This document shows positions 50,902 to 61,353 of a DNA stretch of 64,000 nucleotides, in pieces; position 1 is the stretch's first letter; every line of letters starts with the position of its first letter. Source of the stretch: Myxococcota bacterium (GTDB lineage: Bacteria > Myxococcota > XYA12-FULL-58-9 > JABJBS01). Location: contig JAYZAY010000033.1 in the NCBI GenBank assembly GCA_036339465.1, positions 1 to 64,000 on the forward strand. The letters are read 5' to 3'. The position numbers and the translations under genes were made by a program. The notes under the pieces were generated by a model. It was not told where the DNA came from. It saw only the letters and a program-made list of their open reading frames with translations, and searched no databases.

Positions 50902-51792
50902 ATGACGGTTTCAGAAATATTTGACCCCAATCGTTGGTATGAGGTCCCCGGGTGGGACTTTCAGGATATCACCTATCACCGAGCCAAAGACCAAGGCACG
51001 CTGCGCATCGCCTTCAACCGCCCAGAAGTTCGGAACGCTTTTCGCCCCCAGACCGTGGATGAACTTTACCGTGCCCTAGACCACGCACGTATGCAAACCG
51101 ATGTAGGATCCGTATTGCTCACCGGCAATGGTCCCTCGCCCAAAGACGGTGGATGGGCATTTTGCTCCGGCGGTGATCAACGCATCCGCGGCAAATCCGG
51201 TTATGAATACCATGGTCCCGGCTCAGCGCCTACAAACCTAGGACGACTGCATATTCTCGAAGTCCAACGTTTAATCCGCTTCATGCCCAAAATAGTCATT
51301 GCGGTCGTCCCTGGGTGGGCGGTGGGGGGAGGCCACAGTCTGCACGTTGTTTGCGACATGACCATCGCCAGCAAGGAACACGCCGTATTCAAACAAACCG
51401 ACGCGGACGTCGCGAGTTTCGATGGGGGATATGGCTCGGCTCTCTTGGCTCGGCAAATCGGCCAAAAACGGGCCCGCGAAATCTTCTTCCTGGGGCTGAA
51501 CTATTCGGCACAGGAGGCGTTGGACATGGGGATGGTAAATACCGTGGTTGCCCATGCTGAATTGGAAGAAAAAGCGCTTGAATGGGCGAAACTCTGCAAC
51601 GAAAAGAGCCCAACAGCACAAAGGATGCTCAAATACGCCTTTAACATGATCGATGATGGTCTCGTAGGGCAGCAAATTTTTGCCGGTGAAGCCACACGCC
51701 TCGCATATGGAACCGACGAAGCCCAAGAAGGACGCGACGCATTCCTCGAAAAGCGCCCCCAAGAATACTCAAAAATCCCTTGGTTCTACTAG
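50902..51792 (+). CDS. menB: 1,4-dihydroxy-2-naphthoyl-CoA synthase
   Basis: RPEVRNAFRP, FCSGGDQ, GGGHSLHVVCD, SFDGGYGS. Confidence 0.96.
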   Translation: MTVSEIFDPNRWYEVPGWDFQDITYHRAKDQGTLRIAFNRPEVRNAFRPQTVDELYRALDHARMQTDVGSVLLTGNGPSPKDGGWAFCSGGDQRIRGKSGYEYHGPGSAPTNLGRLHILEVQRLIRFMPKIVIAVVPGWAVGGGHSLHVVCDMTIASKEHAVFKQTDADVASFDGGYGSALLARQIGQKRAREIFFLGLNYSAQEALDMGMVNTVVAHAELEEKALEWAKLCNEKSPTAQRMLKYAFNMIDDGLVGQQIFAGEATRLAYGTDEAQEGRDAFLEKRPQEYSKIPWFY

Positions 51793-51843
51793 AAACTTCA
51801 CACTGGCCCAATCGCCCGCTTCGATTACAAACACATTGATGAT

Positions 51844-52389
51844 TTAGGGGCGATATTCCGCCACCGATTCTACGGGATGTAGGGTCTCATAGATCCGCGT
51901 ATACACAATAGATACACGGTCATTGGCCAACTGCCGATGCGCCAAAGAATAAAGCCATTGAGCTAAACGCTCGCTCGTGGGCGTGAACGGAAAAACGGCC
52001 ACCTTTAATCCACCGGGATATTTGAGTTGCGCCCCCTCTAAGCAAAGCTCGGGAAAAGATTCTTCCCCCAAGTGGCCATGCACCACTTTTCGACTTTCCA
52101 GTAACTTTTCTCCGATGGGTTTCAGTAGAGTCTCGACATCGAAATAAGTATCTTCGCCAACGGCCAAACTATGGTCCAATAGGGCCTCACAGGGCTTTAG
52201 AATTCGCTGTGATAAATCACCAAAATCGACCACAAATCCCTGTGGGTCAAGAAACTCAGCCCCACAACCCACCTCAAATTTCCAAGTGTGACCATGAAGA
52301 TTAATACAAGCCCCCAAATGGCCACGGACGTGGTGCGCAAAGTCTAGGTCTACGCTTCGATGAATCACAAACACCAAACTACTCCTCAA
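51844..52389 (-). CDS. queD: 6-carboxytetrahydropterin synthase (PTPS family)
   Basis: FAH, CINLHGHTW, GFVVDF, LDH, PTSE, YET. Confidence 0.8.
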   Translation of the reverse strand: MRSSLVFVIHRSVDLDFAHHVRGHLGACINLHGHTWKFEVGCGAEFLDPQGFVVDFGDLSQRILKPCEALLDHSLAVGEDTYFDVETLLKPIGEKLLESRKVVHGHLGEESFPELCLEGAQLKYPGGLKVAVFPFTPTSERLAQWLYSLAHRQLANDRVSIVYTRIYETLHPVESVAEYRP

Positions 52390-52812
52390 AACCCCCGTGT
52401 CCCCTGCCTACGGAAGCCGCCTACCAGCCACTTGCAGCCCCGTCAACCGCTCTTACCCAGGGCCCATGGTTTAGTCTCTTTCTATTTACTTGAGCTAAAA
52501 CCTGGGGTTGTACGATGATTCACCCATTGACCAACTGTGCCCCCCCTTGCTTACCGGATCTGTCCCCCACATTTCTGGGGCTCTCTTTCCTCGTTTTAAA
52601 TTGCACATCATCCCACAATTTCAGACTCCGAGGCCAATCGCTTAAACCCCCGGACCAAATGGCCCGATATATCACCTCCTATGTTCAAATCACCCCACTA
52701 AAGTATGCAATCGAAGTATCCCCTTCGAAATCCAAAATCCTTAAAGGCGCCATGAAAGTATTGAGAGTGTGTGACCTAGGCCTATTTCCCAACGCATGAC
52801 ATACCACCGATT

Positions 52813-53814
52813 CTAACTGAACCAGCCCGCCGCTTCCAAGGCAGCGTAGGTCAGAATCATATCCGCCCCCGCTCGCTTCAACGAAATAAGAGATTCCCGC
52901 ATCGTCGACTCATACTCCAGCCATCCCTGCTGAGCTGCAGCGTGGAGCATACTGTACTCACCACTTACCTGGTAGACAGCGGTAGGGACCAAGAAAGTAT
53001 CTTTCACGCGTCGCACGATGTCGAGATAGGGTAATCCAGGCTTAACCATCACCATGTCCGCCCCCTCATCTAAATCCGACGCAACCTCCCTCAAAGCCTC
53101 ATCGGTATTGCGCGGATCCATCTGATAAGTACGTTTATCTGCTTTCCCTAGACTGGTCTTAGACCCCACCGCATCTCGAAATGGTCCATAATATGAAGAA
53201 GCATACTTCGCCGCATAGGAAAGGATGAGGGTGTTTTGGTGGCCATTGTTATCCAAAGCTCTACGTATTTCACCAATGCGGCCATCCATCATGTCCGACG
53301 GGGCAATCACATCACAACCTGCATTTGCTTGGGCGACCGCTTGCTTTGTCAAAACCTTTACGGTTTCGTCATTGAGAATCTGGCCGTCCTTCATCAAACC
53401 ATCCTGCCCGTGAGACGTAAACGGATCCAAGGCCACATCACAAATAATCCCAAGGTCCAATCCCAATTCCTTAATTGAGCGAACCGAGCGGCACACAAGA
53501 TTGTTCTCATCATAAGCTGCCCTAGCATCCTCCGATTTATCTCTTGCATCGACAACCGGAAAAACCGCAAGCCCTGTAATACCCAAATCTGCGGCCCGCC
53601 GACTCATCTCCTGAAGTCCCATAATAGAATAGCGTTTCACGCCGGGCATGGATGGTACATCAACCTCTGTATCGAACTCATGAACAAACACAGGATAGAT
53701 TAAGTCAGAAGGTGATAGGATGGTTTCAGCCACGGCTTCGCGGATCCATTGATGCGCCCGTCGGCGACGATGTCGCAACTCAGGATAACGTGCTCTAGAA
53801 CTGGCCCAAGCCAT
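52813..53814 (-). CDS. hemB: porphobilinogen synthase (Asp-rich, non-Zn type)
   Basis: DVALDPFTSHGQDG, APSDMMDGR, YGPFRDA, MVKPG, YQVSGEY; GGAGG RBS before ATG 53814. Confidence 0.96.
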   Translation of the reverse strand: MAWASSRARYPELRHRRRRAHQWIREAVAETILSPSDLIYPVFVHEFDTEVDVPSMPGVKRYSIMGLQEMSRRAADLGITGLAVFPVVDARDKSEDARAAYDENNLVCRSVRSIKELGLDLGIICDVALDPFTSHGQDGLMKDGQILNDETVKVLTKQAVAQANAGCDVIAPSDMMDGRIGEIRRALDNNGHQNTLILSYAAKYASSYYGPFRDAVGSKTSLGKADKRTYQMDPRNTDEALREVASDLDEGADMVMVKPGLPYLDIVRRVKDTFLVPTAVYQVSGEYSMLHAAAQQGWLEYESTMRESLISLKRAGADMILTYAALEAAGWFS

Positions 53815-53943
53815 ACTCAACCTCCATGAAATGAATAGGGCGCGAGTATCAGAAAACTCATTCCACCTGCAAGTAAGTCTTAGATGGCAGCGACAATGGG
53901 GAGTAGGCAATGGGGAGGCACCCCCGTGGCAAAATGACTCACC

Positions 53944-54453
53944 TCAAGGCTGGCTGGTACCTGCCAAGGCTTTCACCAATGCACCGCTGGTCCAACGAAG
54001 CCGAATACTAAGGGTCCGCGCAATCTTCTCCACAATGGTGAGTGCAACTTCAGCCTCATCCACCCTTAGGAGTTCGTAGTTCGAACCCGATAAAACCAAT
54101 AATTCAGTGGCTTGGTTCGCGCGCGCCGTAGCTGACCTGGGCTGTTGATCCAATAAAGACTGCTCTCCTACGATATTTCCCTTCGGAATGGTGGCTATAA
54201 CCTGCTCTTCATCGTCCAAATCCTGCTTTAGAATATCAACCTTTCCTTGAATGATGATCGCCAGAAAACGATCATGGTCATGCTCTTCAAAGATATTCTG
54301 GCCTTCGGGCACTCGATAAAACGACAAATATGTCGCCAACGTATAAACTTCGTCCCATTCCATGTCCCGGGCCCACCGACACGAGTCCAGCATTCCTTCC
54401 ATCTCTTTGGGCGTCGGCTGGGCCGCCTCATACAAACCAATTCGGGAAACCAT
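53944..54453 (-). CDS. standalone cyclic nucleotide-binding domain protein
   Basis: GNIVGEQSLLD..PRSATARA phosphate-binding cassette; no HTH. Confidence 0.88.
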   Translation of the reverse strand: MVSRIGLYEAAQPTPKEMEGMLDSCRWARDMEWDEVYTLATYLSFYRVPEGQNIFEEHDHDRFLAIIIQGKVDILKQDLDDEEQVIATIPKGNIVGEQSLLDQQPRSATARANQATELLVLSGSNYELLRVDEAEVALTIVEKIARTLSIRLRWTSGALVKALAGTSQP

Positions 54454-54662
54454 TCAATCCTCCCCAATCTAACTGACTCAGTGACTACAATTTCACACCT
54501 CTTGGTATAGTACCTCGATTGCGATTTGAAATCACCCTTGATAACGCACCAGAAAGACTGCATATCTCGAACAAAACTCGAGACAGTGGACCTTTACCCA
54601 TGTATAACCAAAACTTCTGGGTAATCCCTAATGCCGCAACGCATTGGAAACAAGGAATCAAG

Positions 54663-55712
54663 ATGTTCAGTTCAACTGATGATGTTCGCATCGAGCAATT
54701 GAAGCCCCTCATACCGCCCGCTATCCTCATGGAGGAGCTTCCTATTTTTGCGGCTGCAGAAAAAACAGTGAAAGAAGCACGTCAAGCGGTGGGCGATATC
54801 CTCGAGGGCAAAGACAAGCGGCTCTTAGTGGTCGTCGGCCCCTGCTCGATTCACGATCCCCATGCAGCCATTGAATACGGAGAACGTTTGGGCGAGCTTC
54901 GCAAAGCCCTGAACAACGAATTGTTCATTGTTATGCGCGTCTATTTCGAAAAGCCTCGAACCACCATCGGCTGGAAGGGTCTCATCAACGACCCACATCT
55001 CAATAATTCCTTTGCAATCAATTCCGGCCTCCGTATCGCCAGAAAACTCCTCCTCGACCTCCTCGACCTCGGAGTCCCACCCGGCACCGAATTTCTAGAT
55101 ACCATCAGCCCACAGTTCATCGCGGATTTGGTTTCATGGGGAGCCATCGGAGCCCGGACCACTGAAAGCCAAATCCATCGAGAATTAGCCTCCGGCCTAT
55201 CCATGCCTGTAGGTTTCAAAAACGGTACCGACGGTAACACAGAAATCGCCATCGCAGCCATTCAGGCAGCAAACAACCCCCACCATTTCTTGTCGGTAAC
55301 AAAACAGAGCATCGCCGCCATTGTGGCCACCAAAGGCAACCCCAATTGCCACGTCATTCTCCGGGGCTCCAATCAGGGCCCAAACTTTGGCCACGCCGCC
55401 GTAGCCCAGGCCGCTCAGAACCTGCAAAAAGCCGGACTCACACCCCAGGTCATGGTAGACTGCAGCCACGGCAACAGTCGCAAAAGACATAAACAACAAA
55501 TCGAAGTGGTAAGTGATATTCAAGGTCAATTAGCCCAAAAAGATTGTCCCATTATGGGCATCATGCTCGAAAGCAACCTCCAAGAGGGCCGTCAAAATGC
55601 AAGCCCCGGCCAACAGTTGGCTTACGGACAAAGTATAACCGACGCTTGTTTGGGTTGGGATGATACCGTTGGCACCCTTGAAAGCTTGGCAAACTCCCTA
55701 GCACAACGCTAA
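54663..55712 (+). CDS. DAHP synthase class I-alpha (AroF/G/H type)
   Basis: GPCSIHD, YFEKPRT.IGWKG, IGARTTESQ, DCSHGNS, SITDAC; AAGGA RBS. Confidence 0.95.
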   Translation: MFSSTDDVRIEQLKPLIPPAILMEELPIFAAAEKTVKEARQAVGDILEGKDKRLLVVVGPCSIHDPHAAIEYGERLGELRKALNNELFIVMRVYFEKPRTTIGWKGLINDPHLNNSFAINSGLRIARKLLLDLLDLGVPPGTEFLDTISPQFIADLVSWGAIGARTTESQIHRELASGLSMPVGFKNGTDGNTEIAIAAIQAANNPHHFLSVTKQSIAAIVATKGNPNCHVILRGSNQGPNFGHAAVAQAAQNLQKAGLTPQVMVDCSHGNSRKRHKQQIEVVSDIQGQLAQKDCPIMGIMLESNLQEGRQNASPGQQLAYGQSITDACLGWDDTVGTLESLANSLAQR

Positions 55713-55747
55713 TGTCTCTTGCCAATTGCCCAAAAACCCTCCCCGCT

Positions 55748-56512
55748 CTATGGCTGACCAGCTTGGTCGCTGGCAAAAGTCGCGGCGTTGTAAGCGTCGA
55801 TATAAAAGGTAGCCACGGCTAAAAGCCGAATGGCGACCCCACCGGCGGGAAGAGGTGTTCGGTCCCCTGGATCCAACGTCAAGTCCAATTCGGAGCTTAG
55901 CCGGATCGAAAACTCTTTAGTTTCATCCATAAGTTGGGCGGTGAAAAACGTTTCTCCGCCTTCAATAAAGGTGAACTCTTTGTCTCCAACTTTTCCCGCT
56001 TCGACCTTCTCTATGTACCCAATGGTTCTCCAAACTTCTTTATCGTAGGATTTTGCGTCTTTTTTATCAGCAAGCTGTAACTTTATTGGTGGAAGCGCCA
56101 TCGTTAAACTATTTTCGTCAATTCTCAATTTAAGACTATTGAGTTCTACCCTCCTGATAATGTTTGTAGCATCGGTGATCATCTCCACAGACTTCTCATT
56201 GCCACCCACCGTTTGGTCCAAGAGTTCCGTGAACGAAAATCCGACAGGTGGACTGGAAACCGCACGTAAAATCTCGATATTAGGGAGGTTTTCACTCCAC
56301 TGGGTTGGCATCTCACTCTTCTCAGCCAAAATCCCATGAGATTTAAGTAGGTCACCCGCTGCCTCGCGCGCGAAATCCAGATTGAAGGGCACCGTCATTT
56401 GATCGGTACGAACCTGAACAGGGATGCCTCCTCCGCAGCCGTTCAAGGAAAAGAGCCCCAAGATCACAACCCCCACTAAGCGTTTCCCGCCGGAAATAAC
56501 AATCGATTTCAT
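55748..56512 (-). CDS. hypothetical lipoprotein
   Basis: GGAGG RBS; lipobox LNGC. Confidence 0.7.
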   Translation of the reverse strand: MKSIVISGGKRLVGVVILGLFSLNGCGGGIPVQVRTDQMTVPFNLDFAREAAGDLLKSHGILAEKSEMPTQWSENLPNIEILRAVSSPPVGFSFTELLDQTVGGNEKSVEMITDATNIIRRVELNSLKLRIDENSLTMALPPIKLQLADKKDAKSYDKEVWRTIGYIEKVEAGKVGDKEFTFIEGGETFFTAQLMDETKEFSIRLSSELDLTLDPGDRTPLPAGGVAIRLLAVATFYIDAYNAATFASDQAGQP

Positions 56513-56528
56513 CACTGCCTCCTTCCCT

Positions 56529-59144
56529 CTATTGAATCGTAACATTGGGACTGTCCTTTAAAGTGTTGAAGAACGCCTTCATCGCATCAATGGCATCGGA
56601 CTCTTCAAAAGTAACGAAATGTGGGTCGCCGCTAGGAGACCCACTGGCATTATGATACACCACCCGCTTCACCGCTGCTGTCACACCATTGAGATTGTTC
56701 GACGCTTTCGTGGTTGTTGATACACCCGCCATCGCACTATCGGTATCGGCCTTATTAATAAGCGGTACCTCGGCGGCCGTGAAAAAGGCACTTTGGGTTG
56801 CATCCGGCGTATAACCATCGCCAATACCCGAGAGAATTAGCGTCGGGACCTTAAACACCTCGGAAGCATAACTGATCATATCCGCCGACGAAAACATGGC
56901 CCCAAAAAGACCTAAGATCGGATGCACTCTACCCAAGGACTGATCCCCTAAGAGAGGTCCAATACTCGCACGCACATCCAAGGGCTGCTTTTTGTTGAGC
57001 ACCGAAAGCGCCAAATCTCCTCCAATGCCGCTCAAAACCACACCACTCAAGTCTCCTTGATCAAGTGTCGCCAAAAAGGTGGGAGAAACCACTGCCCCTT
57101 GGGAATGTCCGAAAAAGAAAATACGCTCCGTATCTAGATTCACCACCTCACCATTGGCGGTGGTGATCTTTTTCACGGTCTTAATAAGCTTCAAAAGATA
57201 CATCAGGTCCGCGCCGCCTTGGAAAACATTTCCCCTCGACGCAGCCGGATTGAAGATATTGAAAAATAGTTGGCCTCCCAATTGGTCGGCCACGAGAGAT
57301 AGAGCTGTCATATCCGCAGCCCCATCACCCTGCTCACTCGCCCGGGTACCGTGCATCACATTATCATATCCAATCACCACAAAACCGGCTTCAGCCAAGG
57401 CTGCCGTTTGATCCGCAAACATGGACACAAAACTTCCACCGGTTCCATGGGCATAAATAATCACCGGCAGAGCTTGGTCTCTTGCCGTAGGCACGGCAGC
57501 AGAGAAACAGATCTCTTCTCTTTCGGTGGTTTCAAAATCGATATCCCCACCCTCTGCGAGATAAGGGCGCGTTCCGACTTGCCACCGAGGCGCCGAGTAA
57601 GCTCCCTGCCAACGCTCGTAACTTGCGGAACCACTTGTATTGCAACCGCGGGTGTCCAAACCCAATTCCTTAGCCAAAACCGCGGTAATATCTCCATCGA
57701 GGCCGGGAATGTTAATTTTTGCGAGGTCGGAACACTGCGCGATCTTCGAGGACGTTTCACCCTTATTGCAATTGCCCACTCCGTCAAAGGAATGCACAAT
57801 CCCTGGCCCGGTAGCACCCTTCACCGCGTTCTTAAATTTCCATGCAACGGAGGTGGGGCTAGAGGTTGTAAAAACAGTTGCGCCCACAACCGCACCTTTG
57901 GAAACCACCGCATTGGGGTCATCCAAATACGTGCGTAATTTTTCATATTTCGGCAAACTGCCCTTAAGAACTTCAGTAAAATGCGTGTCGGCCACCGCCC
58001 GTGTTCCCTTCCAATTTTTAATTCCATTGGTGACAATCGCCGCGTAGCTCGTACCGGGTTTCAGTAAGGTCCCATCCGCAGGGGTAACCCCCACCCAATT
58101 ATTGCAAATATATTGCCCCGATTTCCGACCCGTTCTTAATTGTAGCGAAATAGGATCTTCTGTCTTGTCTAGATTGACCAGATAAACGGTGGGTTTGTCC
58201 GTCTTCCCACAAAAATTCCCCTCACTTCCCGCCAAATCCGGGGCACCTACCTCGCCCGTAAAGCTCAGCCCCGCACCAAAGACAGTTGAAGCGTAGGTCT
58301 CAACGGTACTCATCATCGGATACCGCGATTCCCCTTCACCGACACAGAGGCTTTCTGCATCAATCAAATCACTGAAACGAAAAAAGATCATGGGATTGAG
58401 GGGATACCCACCCGCCAATGTTTCTGCCGCTCCTAAGTAAGCATCTTTAACCTTGATACCAAAAGCCTCGCCGGAGGCAACATGGCCACTCAATAAGAGC
58501 TTTTCGCCATCACGCCGAATATCATTGGGAAACGGCAAACGGTAAAACTCAAAATTGTCGGGAGCTTGGGTTGTCCCATCTAAGATATCTTCACTGGGGA
58601 TTTCAAAGAAAGCTCGAAAGTCCCCTGTGTCATTATCGGACTGAGAACAAAGAGCTGGTTTGTAATCAGGTAACCGAGAGCATTTTCCATTCACGCCACA
58701 GAAGAGAGGAAGCCGACAATCGAGAGTGAGGGTTTTGCACTCCTCTCCGAAGCCCTTTGCTCCATAAAACTCCGTGGGCAAATTTAGGTTTTTAGACCCG
58801 GGGCAGTCGTCGACAATATCCAATTCGTTACCATCCTGACTGGTACATTTACCGCACATAGCGTTACAGACCAGCCCATCTTGACACTCCCATGATAGGG
58901 CACAGGAGTCTCCATAAACACTTTTATAAGCTTCAAGAGGGACTGCGTTCTCAAATTGAGAAACAACCGCCGTGCATATTTGTTCTGAGCATTCGAAACC
59001 TGCTTCACAGTCTAGGGTTTGAATGCACCCTTCTCCCTTCTTAGCCGTCGCCAGCGGATGGTCTCTATTTTCTTCGGTACATCCACTTAGACAGACAAAG
59101 GATACACAGGTCAGCACAGACATCACGCTATAGGCAAACCTCAT
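56529..59144 (-). CDS. Cys-rich lipoprotein with C-terminal alpha/beta hydrolase (lipase-like)
   Basis: Lipobox LSGC; N-terminal Cys repeats; LPFPND, YAHGTGG, GHSQG nucleophile, D.YTP, C-terminal His. Confidence 0.8.
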   Translation of the reverse strand: MRFAYSVMSVLTCVSFVCLSGCTEENRDHPLATAKKGEGCIQTLDCEAGFECSEQICTAVVSQFENAVPLEAYKSVYGDSCALSWECQDGLVCNAMCGKCTSQDGNELDIVDDCPGSKNLNLPTEFYGAKGFGEECKTLTLDCRLPLFCGVNGKCSRLPDYKPALCSQSDNDTGDFRAFFEIPSEDILDGTTQAPDNFEFYRLPFPNDIRRDGEKLLLSGHVASGEAFGIKVKDAYLGAAETLAGGYPLNPMIFFRFSDLIDAESLCVGEGESRYPMMSTVETYASTVFGAGLSFTGEVGAPDLAGSEGNFCGKTDKPTVYLVNLDKTEDPISLQLRTGRKSGQYICNNWVGVTPADGTLLKPGTSYAAIVTNGIKNWKGTRAVADTHFTEVLKGSLPKYEKLRTYLDDPNAVVSKGAVVGATVFTTSSPTSVAWKFKNAVKGATGPGIVHSFDGVGNCNKGETSSKIAQCSDLAKINIPGLDGDITAVLAKELGLDTRGCNTSGSASYERWQGAYSAPRWQVGTRPYLAEGGDIDFETTEREEICFSAAVPTARDQALPVIIYAHGTGGSFVSMFADQTAALAEAGFVVIGYDNVMHGTRASEQGDGAADMTALSLVADQLGGQLFFNIFNPAASRGNVFQGGADLMYLLKLIKTVKKITTANGEVVNLDTERIFFFGHSQGAVVSPTFLATLDQGDLSGVVLSGIGGDLALSVLNKKQPLDVRASIGPLLGDQSLGRVHPILGLFGAMFSSADMISYASEVFKVPTLILSGIGDGYTPDATQSAFFTAAEVPLINKADTDSAMAGVSTTTKASNNLNGVTAAVKRVVYHNASGSPSGDPHFVTFEESDAIDAMKAFFNTLKDSPNVTIQ

Positions 59145-61225
59145 AGCGCACCTCCTTCCGTATTATGATCAGTTTGTGGAGCAGCTTCATCCTCAGCCAC
59201 TCCCAATGCACTCTCAGTTCCCTCAGTGGATTCAGCAACGACGTCCTGATCATCAAGATCCCGTGTATCGTCCGGGTCGGGAAAGTCTTGATCCACATCA
59301 TCATCGTCATAATTTGGAAATTCCCATCCCAACTCAATATCAAAATTCACCGTATGCACATTCTCGTAGAGCGTGCTGCTGGGATACAGCCTTTGCCACG
59401 TTTTATCGGCACCGGGAATGTTTTCGGTCCCTAGATGATACTCAGTCCCTGGCCCCTGGGTTTTTCGAAAAACCCGAGCGTAGTGTAAATTAAGAAAGAG
59501 GATAGGCAACACTTGAAGTCGAATCCCCCCCAACACGAAAGCATTTTCCTCATCCATAGAATCACCGGTGAACAGATCACCCATACTATTGGCATTATTC
59601 CTCATATAGGTGACAGAGAACTGAAGGATTTCGAGATAGGGCACTTCCAAGTGAACATAGAAACTCGAATCATCGTTTCCTGTAGAATCTTGAAGACCAA
59701 ACCCCGCGGATATTTTTTTATTGGTTCGAACCCCCCGAAATAATCCCCAAGAAAATTCTAAATTAAATCCATGACGGAATCCGTCCGCTGACCGTGTGAA
59801 ACCATTTTCTTCATCACCAAAAACCGCCTGGGCCTTGGTTGGTACTGCCTGATACATGTACCGTCTTGGAACAAAGCTGTATTTATTGACTTCATAAAAT
59901 GAGTCAAAGTAATCGGGCAAGAAGCCATCTCCATAGCCGATGTACTCTGCCCGAACCCGCAACGCATGAATATACTCTTCACCAAAATTAAGACGCCCCA
60001 AAACCCCCAAAGAGCTACCTACACCCCCACCCTCATTCATAAACTTGTGAACCGTGCCATAAAGCTTATAGTCGGTGGTTTTATCCTTAAGAAACTTGTA
60101 CTCGATGGATGTTCCCAAGGAATGAACAACACCGGTCCTTACAACCGGCAAACCCGACTTCTCGTGGGACCGAACAAAGGTCTGATTGAGCGATGAATCA
60201 TTGAGATCCGCTTGGTGCCCCCCACCACGTACACAGGTGTCATCACTCAAAGACTTCTGAACACACAAGGGCGCCTTTAGATCACTTAAGTATTCAATCC
60301 CCACCGAAAGACTTTTCTCATTAACATTATCGGAAACAAACGACAGGGGCTTAATGAACGCCAAGGCACCCAAGATTCGATTCGAAAAGGTCACGTCGTT
60401 CATCTGAAACTGAAAACCAGCATAATCATTGTAGGCATCAAACAGTAAACCCGTCATGGTTCGGTCGATGTCCATATTGGACTGATATTTGTCCATGACC
60501 AATGAGTGGCCAATGCTGGCTGGCCTTAAGCTATTGAGGCTGAGATAAAAACGGTCCTCTTTTCGTCCCATGGTCACAAAACGGATGATCTTGCCATAAT
60601 CAGAAACCTCGTCCCAATCTTGGCGTCGAATTTTCAGCCCACCATACTCGACTTCACCGGCACCCAATCGGCGTGCATCAACGGCCAAGAGACGTAAGGG
60701 AACATGGAATGAAAATGACAACGTCTTCGAATAGACCGCCAAACCCGGATCCAGAGTGGCATAGACATCCGCGTCTAGGACCTCTGCCCCCAAACGAAAA
60801 CCAAAATGGTCGTAGCGACTCAGTATTTGCCGAGTACCGGGATGAATTAAATGGCCCTTAATAAATTTGCGGCCCTTTATACTCGGTTCCACAAAGCCCG
60901 CACTTTCTTTGAAGACCTCCATAAAGGACTTTTCATCTTCCTCACTATTTTCGGGAATTGAATCGGTTCCGGTAGAAGCTTCGGAATTGTCCGTAGCGAT
61001 TCCATCTGGCGCTTCGTCCGCTTTTTCTTCCCCATCAGCCCCGAAGGCAACTCCAGAGGTGATCAAAAAGAACGCCCCCATGAAAACGAATAAGCGATTC
61101 AGTCTTGCTAAAATTATTCCAACCAACATGCCGCTCCCCAATGACCTCTCGCACCCCGAGGCGCCAAAAAATAACGAACGAAGAAATATCCAGTTAAGGA
61201 CATCACAACTTCGGCTTTGATTCAA
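59141..61225 (-). CDS. exported hypothetical protein, probable outer-membrane beta-barrel
   Basis: Signal peptide (..GVAFG/A), alternating aromatic beta-strand pattern, acidic termini; ATGA overlap with next gene. Start likely 61081-61129. Confidence 0.6.
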   Translation of the reverse strand: MNQSRSCDVLNWIFLRSLFFGASGCERSLGSGMLVGIILARLNRLFVFMGAFFLITSGVAFGADGEEKADEAPDGIATDNSEASTGTDSIPENSEEDEKSFMEVFKESAGFVEPSIKGRKFIKGHLIHPGTRQILSRYDHFGFRLGAEVLDADVYATLDPGLAVYSKTLSFSFHVPLRLLAVDARRLGAGEVEYGGLKIRRQDWDEVSDYGKIIRFVTMGRKEDRFYLSLNSLRPASIGHSLVMDKYQSNMDIDRTMTGLLFDAYNDYAGFQFQMNDVTFSNRILGALAFIKPLSFVSDNVNEKSLSVGIEYLSDLKAPLCVQKSLSDDTCVRGGGHQADLNDSSLNQTFVRSHEKSGLPVVRTGVVHSLGTSIEYKFLKDKTTDYKLYGTVHKFMNEGGGVGSSLGVLGRLNFGEEYIHALRVRAEYIGYGDGFLPDYFDSFYEVNKYSFVPRRYMYQAVPTKAQAVFGDEENGFTRSADGFRHGFNLEFSWGLFRGVRTNKKISAGFGLQDSTGNDDSSFYVHLEVPYLEILQFSVTYMRNNANSMGDLFTGDSMDEENAFVLGGIRLQVLPILFLNLHYARVFRKTQGPGTEYHLGTENIPGADKTWQRLYPSSTLYENVHTVNFDIELGWEFPNYDDDDVDQDFPDPDDTRDLDDQDVVAESTEGTESALGVAEDEAAPQTDHNTEGGAL

Positions 61226-61353
61226 TCAAGCAAAGAGAGATTGGTCACAACAAATAAATGGCAAAAAGAGAGAGAGAAAGTAACAAGCGATATCAATAAC
61301 TTATATTTTCTTTGAAGAAGCCATGAAGGCAAAGGTGGTCAAAGGTATGATGA

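Noticed and set aside
53894..53917. Direct repeat CAATGGGGAG x2 upstream of hemB
   Set aside because: Only two 10-bp copies with no supporting promoter context.
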